NCBI RefSeq assembly: GCF_000002075.1
Contig: NW_004797854.1
Span: 4,704 to 68,703 of the forward strand
DNA length: 64,000 bases
Direction: 5' to 3'
Origin: Aplysia californica
Taxonomy: Eukaryota
Position numbers and translations under genes: made by a program. Below, one piece after another: positions 26,601 through 39,789 of this stretch (its first letter is position 1; every line of letters begins with the position of its first letter). The notes beneath the pieces are model-generated. The model made no database searches. It was not told the DNA's origin and saw nothing but the letters and a program-made list of their open reading frames with translations.

Positions 26601-29600
26601 TAGCATTTCCTTTCCAAGAGAAGAAATCTCAGTTGAAAAAATAGCCATGGTAGTGAACAAGTCGAAGTTAAACATAAATTTGATTTATTTTTGGTCATAG
26701 AAATGACAAAAAACCAGGTGACAGTTTTTAAAAAAAGCTAGTCTAATTCAATCATACCCTCAGATCCATGCAATGTCTTGCCTTGGCCACCAGAATGTAG
26801 ATGTAGATGCGTTCAAACTCTCGCACTTTATCCATGCTGGAAGATTCCAACATCTGTCTTAATTCTTTAGGGACTTGCCACTATAGGGGGAAAGAAATGA
26901 TAGATGAATAATTTGAACTCATATATTTGCTTAAAATTTTAAAACTTTGAAAAACATTTTCGAACTGACTTTACTAAAACATTCAAGTTAAGAATATATG
27001 GCTGAAAAGCCCATCCTTTTTACTATTTAAAAAATATACAAACAGTATTAAAATTAGTAAGTGCCGATTGATGTGACAATTCTTACAACTTTTTTCATTG
27101 TAAAAGCAAAACTATGCTTGAAACAAAACACAACACATATAAGACTAGGCAACATTTCTTAAAATTTAACTGCTTCCTACCTTTTCATTGAGAGAGATAA
27201 TTTGCATGGCATTGAGGCCTCTATTTTGATACATCTCCGTCAAAATGTCTTTGATGAGCTTCGGGTCATAGACGGCCAGCAGTTGACCTTCAACATCGCT
27301 CATGTTGTAAGAAGATTCTGAAAGAACATATGAGGGTAATTTATAATAGCTCAGACAGGTCTTGTCAGCTTGAAACTTTGAAACTTTGGACAAACAGCAA
27401 TGGTTACAACAAATATTGAGTCATCCCAATTTCTCAGTTCTAATTAATACTACATGTAGTATTTCATGATATCGTCAGCGCTATTACATCACATACATGT
27501 GGAGGACATTTCTTTAAAATAGTTGTGAACAGTTAAGATAAGTAGAAGAAGCCAGCTACATCAGAATACTCAATAAACAAAATTCTAAAAAACTGAAGAT
27601 AAATTATATAAACACACCAAAAGTAGGTACCACAAACTGAAATTTCAAAGTCCTCTGATTTCATAGTTAACTACACTACCTCATAGAATTTATCATTCTG
27701 AGCATTTTGATACCAAATTTATACAAATAGCTTCATTTTTAACAAAGTTATGAACATCTGAAGTTGCAGAAAAAAGTTATAGTTTTTTAATTGCGAAATG
27801 TCTACACTTTGAGATGTCACAACATTCTTAAATTTGAATGGACATTCACAAAAACTTGTAGACACACACCTATGCACATAGACAACAAGCTCATTTTTTT
27901 CAGGGCTATCAAATAACCAGAAGATGGAAATTTATTGACGTAAACATGGCTTTTTGACCAAAACGACAAGAAATACAACGGGAGGTTAAATTCACCACTC
28001 GCGACCACCGGCTTATCGGCTGCGTGCCTGGCCGCGATGAAGGGAAGGAGAGAGAATTTATGCAAAACCGGGGCGATGGTGCCCTGCTTGCGAGCCGACG
28101 GGGAGCGTCCGGTGTTTATTTGCGTATAATGGCTGTGTTATTCTTGAAGAGGAATGAATGAGCTTTCTGCCGATATATTTCTGTAGTCAGTCCGATCACT
28201 GGTTCCATAAAAAAACAGCACCGAAAGTTTTCACACACAAATCTCTTCTATTAATTCTTTAACGAGTCTTTAGAAATATATCAGCGGAAAGAGCGTCTTC
28301 TCATCTTGAAATATCGACGAATCAGATTGCAGTATTTAATACCATATGCTCCCCGTTCCTGTTCAACCCAGGTCACACTAAAAATCAATACACGAAACGC
28401 ACGGCCGCTACAGTGAAAACCCCGATAGTGTTGTCTTTTATCCCGCAAGATTTCGCTTTCAAAAGAATCGTTGATTCAAATAAATAATACCACTAAAAAG
28501 AGGAAAAGCTCCTCTTTTTCTGATATATATCAAGTGTCTGTGTGTTTGCATGATCACACGTTGTTTTAGGAGGGTAAAAATACGGGGGCGCACTGCCAGT
28601 TTGTGATACCTACCAAAAGGTCATATTCATACATAATGATGTCTATAACAAAATATTATTTACTAAGAAAATGAGTATAAAATATGTGAAAGTCAATCAG
28701 AATCACTGATAAAAAACATAATGAAATCATGATGACATATATCCTACCCCTGGTAGAAGGATAACTGGTCATCGCAGTAGCATCCTCCATGGCCATATCG
28801 TGCAGGTACAAATTGTTGCTGTCAACGTCATCGACAGCCAGTTCAGCAATCTCAGCCTCATTGAAGTAGGTAGCCAGATCAGAAGTTAAGACATGCTGAG
28901 AAAATGCACTCTCTACAGGCAGTAGCTCGATTAAGTGCCTTCAGAAAGAACGAAAATGAAAATAACAATTTTTATTTTACTGCAAACAGATATTTACACG
29001 ATTTGCAAGGTCAGCGGCAAATTCAAGAAGCGTAGATAACTTTCAACATCACATATTTGAGTCTTGATAGTATTGATAATAATTATAGACATTGAAAGAC
29101 AACTTTCCGTAGTCTTGCACAATTAAATTTGTTTTAGTAGAGGTTTTATGGTGCTCGCAACTGCATAAGGTCATATGAGTGCCAAGGGGTGGATGTCAAC
29201 AGAGAAATCCTTACTGGGAATCAGACTTACTCTGCTCACCTCTCTAGCTTCAACAGTACAAAGTCTGCTTCGACTATCAAGGCACCCCGGAAATAACGGG
29301 TCACAAGAGCGTGACAAACATACAAAAGAAGTAGAGGAAAATGACAATAGTAAGGATTAGGAAAGGAAAAGCAGCAATTTCCTGTTGTAGTTCAGGCACA
29401 GGTAAAAGCATGACATTGTTCGATCAGTCCATTTACAATTTTACTGTGCATTAGAATGAGAAATATCCCCCCTTTGAGAACAGCTTAAAGACACTTCAGT
29501 CAGTGGCACCGCCCGGGGGGGAGGCACAATTACATTGTATATGCATGTACTAGCATATATATCATATAATATGTATATATAGGGGAGGGGTGGGGCCGGG

Positions 29601-31983
29601 AAAGCAAAAGAGTTGACTTTTACAAGGCACAGAAGGAACTCTCAAATACAGCAAAAGTCAAATAGATTCAAAACAATGCAAATGATACCATTAATTCACT
29701 TCATATCTTTAAGTCAGCAACTGGTATAATGATTGACCAAAACTCACCAAATGAAGCACTTCAAGTTTGATCTCTGGTTGGTGGAAGCTCCCTTCATGAC
29801 ATTGCTGAGCAACTGACAGAAGACAAATGAAAGCAAATCTTAAAAGAATGTCATGGAAATCCCACTGTCATTTCTTAGCAATTAAATGATTCTTTACTAC
29901 AACAGCCCATTTTCATCACTTCACCCCTCCTCAAATCACGTAAAGCTTCTGAAGTTTTTAGCATGCTGATGCTTTAACTTGGATTTCATGAATGTGGACC
30001 ATAAATGACATACATCACAGGAAAGAAACACTTGTACACATACTTTTGATGAGCACAGTCCTACGAAAAATACAGATTTTCAAATTAATGAGAAGGAATC
30101 TACCTGTTTCAAATCGTACACTGAAAGTGAATTTAATTTCAAGAGTAAGAGCATTTATCTCTAAAGGTATATGCATACCTTATTCCCTTTAACAAACCTC
30201 TCTGTTTGAACTTTAATCCGGCTATATTATAAACCAATAAAACAGCTAGCACAAATTATAAGGACAAAAGTGGACATAGAAAAAGAACCAAACCTGAGGC
30301 CTACCTCAATGAGAAACGTCAGGATGTACGAGTCAGCATTCTTGAGGGTTTCCAGAATGGGCGAAACTAAAGCCTTGCCCTCCACGACCGTTCGCACTAC
30401 ATTGCACAAGTATACATTAACATGCAGCGTAGACATCCTGACAGGAGGAAGACAGGAAAAATTCTTAAGTGACTGAGCCTTAAAATCATAAGGAGCACTT
30501 CTCTCACTCCTATTTCACAAAATAGACCCCTGCAATGAGCACGCACAACTTTTAACTTTAAAATTAGGCAAAACATCAACGATTTGATACCTTCAAAATA
30601 CTTCTAAAGAAAATTATCACCATCCTTACTTACACACAAAACTTTGTGTCAAAGGCTAACCAAGTGGAACAATTATAAGAGTTCACGGAAGTGAAACGTT
30701 TTATACACTGTAATTGTCAGAAGGTTTTCATTTCTTTCTGAAGAAGACACAATACAAAGAAAGAGTTGTTTTTTAAAAATGTCCTTATTTTTGCTCGTAC
30801 ACTGTAAAAAAATGGTGGTTAGGGGAGTAGTAGTAGGGTAAAAACTCGAACACTCACTGTCTCTTGAGAAGCTCCTCCTGAAGATTTCCTCTGTAGGCCA
30901 TATCCAGCTCTTGTTTCAAATTATCCTCACAGAGAATTTCAACAATGCCCTTTCAGAAGAAAATGCACAACAATGGTAAACAAGGAATAGAAAAGTGATT
31001 TTCAGTTTCATTGATCTTTTCCACTTATAAGCAAATAAAAAATGAAGCCACAGACTAAAATTACAACCACATTAAAGTATCTTCTACCAATATGAAAAGC
31101 ACAGAATCAAATATTTTTAATCTAATATATAGATTTAATGAAAGAATGACCTAAAATGTACACAAATTACACACCTGGAAGTCTTTTTTCCTTGACAATT
31201 CAACTCTGTCGAAGAGATTGGTTGATTTTGTATCTGATGTGACACCGAGCAAACTACTACAGCTGGTGAGGTAGCCTCGGAGGCGATCCAAGTCAATGAA
31301 ACAGTACACTGGACTTTTCAACTGTGAATAAACAGTTATATTGATGAACAAGTTAGCTTTGTAGCTTCTGTGACTGTGGAGAAAATAGGTAAAGGGAAAG
31401 CTTTCTTTGCACTACTTAACCCTTAAAGAGAGAGTAGATTGACAAAAGAAACAAAACATTTCATCTGTATATTAAGTCTAAAAATTTTAAAGTTTTCTTT
31501 GTTGCACTTTCTTAATCCAAGGTATATGTAGCATATTCTCATGAAATACTTGGTCGAAATTCAAATTCTCAGCGCGCTTAATTAAAAAAGAAAGGAATTA
31601 TACATAAAGTAGGGCCAGTTTGCAAAACAATTAAAACAGCTTTTTTTTCTCTCTTGAAAAATGTTGTTTTCTAGGCTTAGGCCATTTGAAAAATTTAGCT
31701 GATGACTCTGGACATACTGCTGGTGCTGTTAAGAATTCCAAACAACTTTTTGCAAAATTAAATCCTCGGATCTGATCAAATTTCCAAAGACTCTCTGTTC
31801 TCCCAGCTCCAAAAGAGACATTTCTATGGCCAGTCATACTCTACTAAAATACATAAAGAATCCATAAGCTGTCAACGATCAAAGAGTCAAAAAGTAATTA
31901 CTCACTGATTTTTTTAAAGCTTAATTTTATTAACTTCACAAATGTGGCAAAAGCAAGACAATGACATCCCTATTATTCCAGGT

Positions 31984-32014
<31 letters not shown>

Positions 32015-35000
32015 GGGGGAGGGGGGCAGTAACTTGTGAAGGGTAAGCAATTTATTGAGAACAGACAGAATTGCTAAAAGAAAACATTGCTCAGTTTTTT
32101 TACTGAAATAGTACAGGCCTGAGAGAAAAATGACTCAACAAACAGAAAAAAAAGTCAAAACTAGATCATTTCACAAAACTAAATAACGACAAAATAAAAC
32201 AGTGAAGCACACCCTTGAATACAAAATGAAAATCTAGATATGTCAAACAACAGTCAACAAACCTGATTGTGCAACTGTTTGCAAACTCTGAACTTTTCAT
32301 ATGCCTTTCTGTATTCACCTTTGAAAAAGTACACTGCGCCAAGGTCAAAGCAGATCTGTGAAATAGCAGTTTCAGAAAATTCAAACAAATCTTCCAGCCA
32401 CTCAAATCTAAAATGGCTTTAACAGCAAACTGAAGTGTAAAACACAAAGTTACCACTTCACAAGCCACCTCAACGTACATACTATGCCTAGTGGACCACA
32501 GACTATAGGAACTTACAAACTCTGAAAGAAATATTGATACTTTATACTACACAGTGGGCTGATGAAAGGATACCTCTTTTTCTTCTTCTTTGCATTCCCC
32601 TTCTAGACCTCGGGGGAAGCTGACGGCTGGTTATTCAGCCTGTAGTACAGCTGATTTTAACATAATATATGACCGTTTTTCCTTCTTTATGGGACCCCTT
32701 GCCTTCAGGCAGCCACATTCCGATTTTGAAGGTATTTTACATGTTTATATACAGAATAGAGTATTTCCAGTTTTGGTAAGATACCTGACAGGTCATTTCT
32801 TGAGCAGGGACATCTTGGGTGTTCTGCCACAGCAACTGAGCATCTGTTTCCTCCCTGGGCAGGCTGAAGCAAGCTGATGTGGGCATGCGGGCACTGTCAT
32901 GCTCCGTCTCTAATAATGTCAGGCAGTTTTCCAGAAAGCTGATAGATGCAGGGAGGTCCTCTTTGAACTACATCATGAAAGAGGAAAAAATTGAAAACGA
33001 AATAATTAGCTATTTTGAAATAAGCCAGCTATTCGAGAGGCAGAAAAAAGACTGAAAATAAAACCAGGTCGACAGGAAAACAAATACGAGGAACTTTGAA
33101 TTTAGTGGAAGTTTACTGTGAAGAGTCATACAGTTCACACTTCACCACAAAAGTGACTAGGTCAGGAGTATTACTGATTAAAGATGTAAAATTGACAGAC
33201 CACATCATAGCACCTACCTACCATTTGCAAAAGCACGAGATATGTGGTCTGCATCTACAAAATGAAAAAAGAGACAAAGAGATTGACCTCATAACAGTTA
33301 GACAAAATACAACAGCATTTCTGCCAACATACCTTTCTGATGATGGTGTCAGCAGCTTGAGCCATGGCTATTGCTGGATCCACCTGGCCAGGCCTAGGAG
33401 AGGCAAACACAAGTTTCCAGTTTATCGACTAATTGGTCTCGAGCTAAAGTTCCAACAAAATCTCAAATACGAGATTGTTGAATAATTATTGAAAGCATAA
33501 CATTGGTGTCCAACTCTTACTGCGTATCTGCCAAATTATGTAAAACACTTTCTTTTTAGTTTAAACCTTTGAACCCGTTACGGCCTGGGCAATATTTTGC
33601 TGAAAACCGTAAGGCCGGTTCACTGGGGCACGGACTACCCTGTGTAGTCCATCAAAAGCACTCTCTTTATTTCTTGTTTGTTGCCTTACAATATTTCCAC
33701 CTTGGAATAAGGTAAACAAGGGAGCAAACACATGTGTGTTTATTTCTCCATGTTCTTCCCCTCAGTCTTTTTGTGTATTTGCCCTCGTGAACTTTGATGA
33801 AATTTGCAAAAAATGTCCAGGGATAGAGATTTGAGAAATTTCAAGATTTAGGGTTCAAAGGGTTAAGATTATATTATTCATAATAGTAATTAAAATTAGT
33901 GATATTGCAATATGTAAAAAAGAACATTATACACAAAATCTGCCACAAAACTTGTACACGACAAGAAAGAAATTAGCCGGGGTTTTTTCCCACTTTTCTG
34001 AAATTCAATGTTCACGTACATTCACGTTTAGGGTCAGACATGTACGATGTATACATGATCACCTTAACAGAAAACTTAACAAAAGTAAACACATCAAAGA
34101 AAAAATCAAATACTCCATCAGAAGACGATAAGCAATCTGTTCCTTTAGCATCACTTCATGATTAGCAGTAATTGTTTAGATCTTAAAAATTCCTTTGAAT
34201 TAAAGAAAAGATGAAAAAAACAACCCCAGAACAAAATGGTTCAGATACTGTTACAAAACACAAAACTCCAAAAGAGTTCAGTTAGCTAGATATAGTAAGC
34301 TAATACTACCAAATAAAGAAAGCTGACAAACAAAATGGGTTCGCACATATTAGCAAAAACAATGATGAGAATACATACGCAGTCATAAAACCTTGCTTGA
34401 CTGGCTTTGTTGGGAAGCTATCTCTCACAACACTGCGAACACACCTACATAACAAATAAAAGTAGGGGGCAATCATAATACAAACGTACAATGATTCGAA
34501 TCATTACCGACTGGCAATCAACAGTTACTAAAAAGTAGAATATTTCCTAACTGGATTGGATGCATGACAAGTACACAAAACACAATAAGATTTGCATGTT
34601 TTAGCATCTCTACGGCACAAATGAACAAATTATTAATCTACAAACCCATAAAATCATTAAATGCCAAACTGATGGTAAACTCATTACAAAAAACTTCAAA
34701 AAACAAGAAATTGCCACAAACCTAACATTTAAGACCATAACTCACTTATTCCTTTCTATACCAATAACTTCACAACACTCTGATTCCAGCTCTGTATTCC
34801 TAGAAATCTGCAAGTCGAAGATAAGAGTAGCCAACAGAAAGCAAAGTGTCATCCACAATATCTCTTAAAATGTCAGTAAAAGTCAGTTGCCACATAATCA
34901 CTGTATGGGAATGCAATAACAGTCCTTAAGCTTTTGAGTACTCTTCTGAAATTAAATAATTTTTTCTTCAATTCTGTAGCGAGTCCAGGTTCAATAGAAG

Positions 35001-36951
35001 AACAGTGAAGTTATAAAAGTTAATAAGTGCTGAGGAAGTTTGATCACTAGAAACTTACCACCGATGGAACAAGTGGACCACAAAGAATCCTATCTCCGAC
35101 AGAGCGGACACTTCCAGGTCAGGGTTATGAATGTTGTCAATGACGTCGGGCACACAAACCTGCAGTAACTCAATCAGGAGAGCCTGCAGTATTGGCGTGG
35201 GAACCCTACAGAACAGAAGAAAGCGACAGCTGGGCTCAGCAAAATCTGTATGTTTATCATTATCATAACAGTAGAAACATAGAAAGTAAAAAATCATTAA
35301 TGTAAAAAGAAAAAAGAAAAAATCAAGAAAACTAGCTGCAGTTATGATCTTAAAATGTTCCCCCCTATAAGAAAAAGTTCATATTCTCAGCATAAAAGGT
35401 ACAAACCACTCAATTTTAAGGTTAGTTTCATAACAAAACATTGTTTGTGCCAATACTTGACAAGATATTAAGTATATTGTTTTCACCATCTGGTAGCACA
35501 ATATTCACAAAGGTGACGAGTGATACTAATTTCAATTACTTAAAATAATTCGACTCAAAGTTCCTCTTTACATTCTCTAATCAGTAAGGCACAAACAAAG
35601 GGTAGGAGAAACTATATTTCCTTTCAACAACACTAACAGAAACATTTTCTAACTTAAAAGCAGCTCACACCACAATAAATCATTAAAAATCAGATGCACC
35701 TACAAACATTTAATGCAAGAATTTTGAGAAGAAAATCGTATGTTAATATTTTCTTAAGGACAAAAAAAGACTCTTTAAAACAAGTAAGTTTTTGTTTTCC
35801 ATTAGAAGCAACTCTCACCCTTTCTCCATAACCATGAGGTTCCAATGTAGATGACTGCCAACTTTCAAGGCCAAAAGTCGAAGCGCACGAACTTTCTTTG
35901 TGGGCTCTACTGGTTTTGGCTCTGAGCAAAAAAAAAAAGAGAATAAAAGGCTTGATAACAGATTTAATTACTAAAATACATATAAAAAGCATTTTACACA
36001 AATCCTACAATCAAGGTATTCCACTCAACTGAGTAAAAAGTATGTTCTAGGGGAAGAATGTTATAGCCAAAGCACGAAAAAAACAATGAAATATTAAACT
36101 TAAAGAGTATCTACTGCAGAGTTTGTAAATTTTCTGGCTATTCTCAAGTGTTGTTAGACACTCATCACAAACCTTCCTCCACTTTATTCACTGGTATAGG
36201 CACAGCACCCGGTGGGCCTTGGACTTTACCCAGCTTTTCATTCGCTGTTTGAATGACAGATGTCATCTCTACCTCTGCTTGTTGAAGGAACTGCATGATG
36301 AGCTGACATGCTGGCGGATCTGAAACAAGATCAAAAGTTTCATATAGGTCAAAATTTGAAAACTTAACTCAGTCTCAATACTTTCAAAAGTTACTACTAC
36401 TACGAATCCAACTTCAAAAAGTACTTTACTGACTACTTTACTTTAAGCTCAAGAAAAAAATGTCTTTTTCAAACAACAAAAATGAACAATATTGTAAATC
36501 AAACACGATACTTTAACCCCCAAAAAACACTTAAATTTATAGATGATTTTGTTCGATTTTGGGATGTTTCCGAACATAAATGTTCAGGGAATTAGGAACA
36601 TTGATTAGCTTTTCGCAATTATATCAAGCAACTGTATAAATTTAAAGGACTCTACAATTACAAACCAAACATAATATAATGCAGATTTAACAAAAAACTA
36701 AACATGAGTATTATTTAGATAACGGAACTTTACTTTGAGCTTCTTCAAGGGTACCAAGCAAACACAAAAAATATTCAAGATATTTTGAAGGAGAACTAAT
36801 GTCCTCTTATGAATTAATGTGGCATACCTGGATTGTCTTGATTTAGGTGCTCCTTTAACAAATTTTCATTTAAAATGAATTCAAACCAGGAAACATTGGG
36901 CAGCGACGCAGGGGCTGCAGAATTTCCTTTCGGCACTTGAGCGTCTGTCAT
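17606..36951 (-). CDS. INTS8: Integrator complex subunit 8 (about 1012 aa, 20 coding exons)
   Basis: Coding exons on minus: 36951-36828 (MTDAQV..VSWFEFILNENLLKEHL), 36319-36173 (donor could be ~36229), 35921-35819 (LRLLALKVGSHLHW), 35205-35059, 34444-34379, 33393-33333, 32967-32785, 32355-32263 (ICFDLGAVYF), 31321-31175, 30949-30858, 30437-30305, 29812-29748, 28938-28748, 27317-27181, 26880-26758, 25522-25315, 20531-20422, 19750-19645, 19279-18890, 18018-17606 (..RRMIKCC..CQFLDEVDYSTAFKALQE..FLRALAKQYLG). All introns GT-AG and the phases close to 3039 nt. The N-terminal WFEF motif and the C-terminus resemble vertebrate INTS8. Confidence 0.93.
20720..21192 (-). mobile_element. 5' remnant of a mariner/Tc1 (rosa-like) element
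   Basis: CAGGGTGATC terminus on minus at about 21192, and an HTH-like N-terminal remnant DFRKDQRAFCIEHYLASNS..FHKFRSRYG. Confidence 0.5.
21200..25069. mobile_element. MITE of about 700 bp (TIR CTGTCCCCGTAG, 6-bp TSD ATTTGG) split by a Sola1 insertion
   Basis: TSD ATTTGG at 21194-21199 and 25070-25075. An uninterrupted sister copy lies at 60261-60906. Confidence 0.85.
21269..24435 (-). mobile_element. Sola1-type DNA transposon, 3167 bp, frameshifted transposase
   Basis: 34-bp TIRs CGTCCCTC(A/T)AAACACGTACTA(G/A)CGTAAGCCACAT and AATT TSD. ORF pieces 23269-23841 and 22393-23139 carry SFDLQQ, FYKRR, FADGCSGQNKN and HGQNEGDSVHS motifs, with PKKDQC in the segment between them. Confidence 0.85.
27624..28612. 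mobile_element. Non-autonomous TIR element of about 990 bp, superfamily uncertain
   Basis: TIR TAGGTA(C/T)CACAAACTG, with direct repeat CCAAAAG on both flanks. Confidence 0.7.
29138..29410 (-). repeat. Dispersed retroposon 3'-end repeat (family B); other copies at about 25603-25830 and 62615-62870
   Basis: Shared TATTTCCGGGGTGCCTTGATA..GAGGTGAGCAGA body with the same 3' tail type as family A. Confidence 0.75.
33565..33862. mobile_element. piggyBac-type MITE
   Basis: TTAA|(A/C)CCTTTGAACCC...GGGTTCAAAGGG|TTAA. Confidence 0.7.
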
Positions 36952-39071
36952 GCTGATCTTATGGACTTTTATCCTCAGAATGAAACTGTGAAAAACTTCC
37001 TTTTCCCAAAGACAAACTAGTCAAAGTTGTGATGTCAAATGTAGCTCAAGTTAAGTAAATCTGAAAAAAAAAAGTAAAAAATGCAAGAGTTATATGAAAT
37101 ACAATATTCTATAGCCAAACAGTCTCATTGAGAAAACATTTAGCTACTTATTCCCCAAACACTTTACCTAAGGATTAACTCTTATCCACCAAAATAAATT
37201 TTTTATGTGCAGTCCCTTGCTAGATATCAGGGGCAGTCGACTGCTAGTTTTTCAGCCTGCAGTACATTTGACTTTTACACATATGTGACCAATTTTCCTA
37301 CTTCATAGAGCCCCTTGCCTTCAGGAACACACATTCTGATTTCGAAGGCACTCCTGATTTTATACTCACTGGAGTATTTTCAGTTTTATAAGAAATTCAT
37401 TTGGAATTTTTATGTGATTTCAAGTCCACCATGGGGTCTTTGATTCCTTATTTCTGGCAAGTAGCTCCCAGCAGTTCTTGGTCGGAACCACTGAGCTGGA
37501 GAGCCACGGACAGCGCCTCAGGCACACTCCATAACGATGACTTTGACGTAACATTACTCTATGGCAATTGCTGAAAACAGGTCTCTTTTACAGGGGGGTT
37601 ATTCATTAGATAAATAACTATTGAAATAGGTTCACTTATTTTGATATAATGACCAATTCAGTGACATTCATCAATTTTAGATTTCGTATCTTTACTCATC
37701 GGCGCTCTTATATTGTTTTAGTACCTCCCATAATCTCACCTTTTCTATCCTTTTTAGGGATTTTAATCTTCACGGACCAGTGCCGTTTCTTTTTACTGAC
37801 CCAATTTTGTCAGTTAACCGTCTTATGGAATAGGACAGATCAAGACTCATCCGTGGAAAGGACCCAAGACGAAAATCTATTTTTTTTCTCACTAGCCCTT
37901 CCAGCCCGCGGGGGGGGGCCCGGGGAGAAAGTGGAAATGAAAGCAAGATGACAGAGCAGAACTAGAGTCTACTACTACAGAAAAGAGGCGAAAGGACAAA
38001 AATGTTTGTCACTGTTAGGTTTCAAACCCAGGACCTTTTGATGAGATGCAAACACTACCTACTAAGATTTCTTGAACAACCAAAATTAAATCTGGATCTG
38101 TGCTTTCATTCAGACACCTAAATTTTTGTATTACCAAGAATTTCAGATCTCCAGACTTTTCTCATTCACCCTGCCAAAAAATTAATCACCACCAACACTG
38201 GGGAAACAGAAAGGGAGACTGAACGTAGAAAAAGCATGAGTATTGAAAAGGGGTTTAATTTTTTAACAGTCTTTAAGTGATTTGGATTCGGAATTCAAAA
38301 TTTTGTCAATTATACACCACGCTGCCACTCGAAAAATACACTTCAAATTCTCCTTAAGAAAGGAAGAGTTGTCATGTCTATTTCTAACTTGACTATCATA
38401 TATATGGATTTGGAGGATTTGATGGAAGTGTGTAAAATAAATAAGGTGACGTGCAAATGACACACTTTGTGACATTCTGATGGAAAGGGCTTAATTTAAA
38501 TGAAACGGAATGTGTGATTCTGGCAGACAGGAGGACGAGAGGGTAACAAGTTTGAAGAATACATTTTTTATTGTTTAAAAATTTTTCCTTCAACAGCACT
38601 CAATGTCATATTTACAGTAGTACGTCTAAGACTAAGAGGGTAGTCAATATGCGGAAATTCTCTCAACAAAGTTACTGAACACTCATACTCCTTCGACGAA
38701 CTTACTAATTAGCCTTGAGTTTGACAAATAAAATACCCATTTCTTTAATAGGAGTTGAGATATTTACAGTTGAAGGAGGTGGGGATCCCCAAGTGTTTTG
38801 AGTCCAGTTTTCAAGGAACTCGTCAAGCTTTTGAAGTCATCAAACTTTAGTGGCCATTTTTTGTAGTTGCTAATGACCAGATTATAGGCATCCCAGGAGT
38901 CCGAATAATGCCAGCCCATTATAAAAGGTCTCACAAATGTGACGAAGTATAGGCCGACACAACAGCATGTTAATAAATATATATTAACTTTATCATTTTT
39001 AGTTAGTAGTTTATCAAAACTATGACCAAATAAAAAGATTTTTCCAAGCCCAAATGAATAGCCACACTCAC

Positions 39072-39150
39072 TGCCACAAGCAGATAGTTAGAGAACGACA
39101 ACTAAACGCCATTGGCCGATATTTATAGTAACTGCCATCTTGTTTGACCT
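39072..39150 (-). promoter_or_regulatory. Putative non-coding first exon / core promoter of INTS8
   Basis: CpG-richer patch with a YY1-like CAAGATGGC motif, a GGCA|GTGAGT donor at 39071 and a strong acceptor at 37061-37074 ahead of the ATG exon. Contains a 16-codon uORF (39138-39088). Confidence 0.55.
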
Positions 39151-39789
39151 CGCAAGGGGGATGTCCGCCGCGTCATCTGATCGCGATTCTAAAAATAGTG
39201 ATGATTTTGCGTAGTGCGTGGTTTGCATTGGCAGTTTCCAAGCTTCCCTTTTTGAGTCTTTCCTGCTGGTGGTTCCCCACTGCTTCTGCACTTCGCAGTA
39301 TCTATTTGCAAACCTTGCAGTCTCGAATTAGATCTACTCCATTTGCAGCTCAGCGTCCCGTTGAGTCCAATCTCTTTCAAGTGCTTAATTTCTTGTACTC
39401 ACAAAACTTTAGACCTTTGCCCGCTGAATTATTTCCCATGTTTTGTTCCCTGCCAGCTGAATCATTTTTTTTTTAAATGCAAATTTCAAAGCATATGACT
39501 AAATCCCAAATAGTAACTTTACTATTGATAATTATATATAGAATAAACTTTGTAGTTGGCAAAATTTTTTCTAACAATTGTTGTTGGTGGTGGTGGTGAT
39601 GGTGGTGGTGGTGGTCGTGATGCTGCCAATGCTGAAGATGAAACCCACATGTCATGTATGCATGCCAATATATTCATAACCTTGTCTAAAACAAAGTTAT
39701 ATGGTAGAAATCATATGTACTAAGTTTAGTGTTGTGTATATTTTTCACTTGTGCTGTTTTGGTGACATGTATGGTGGTGCAGTTGCTGA

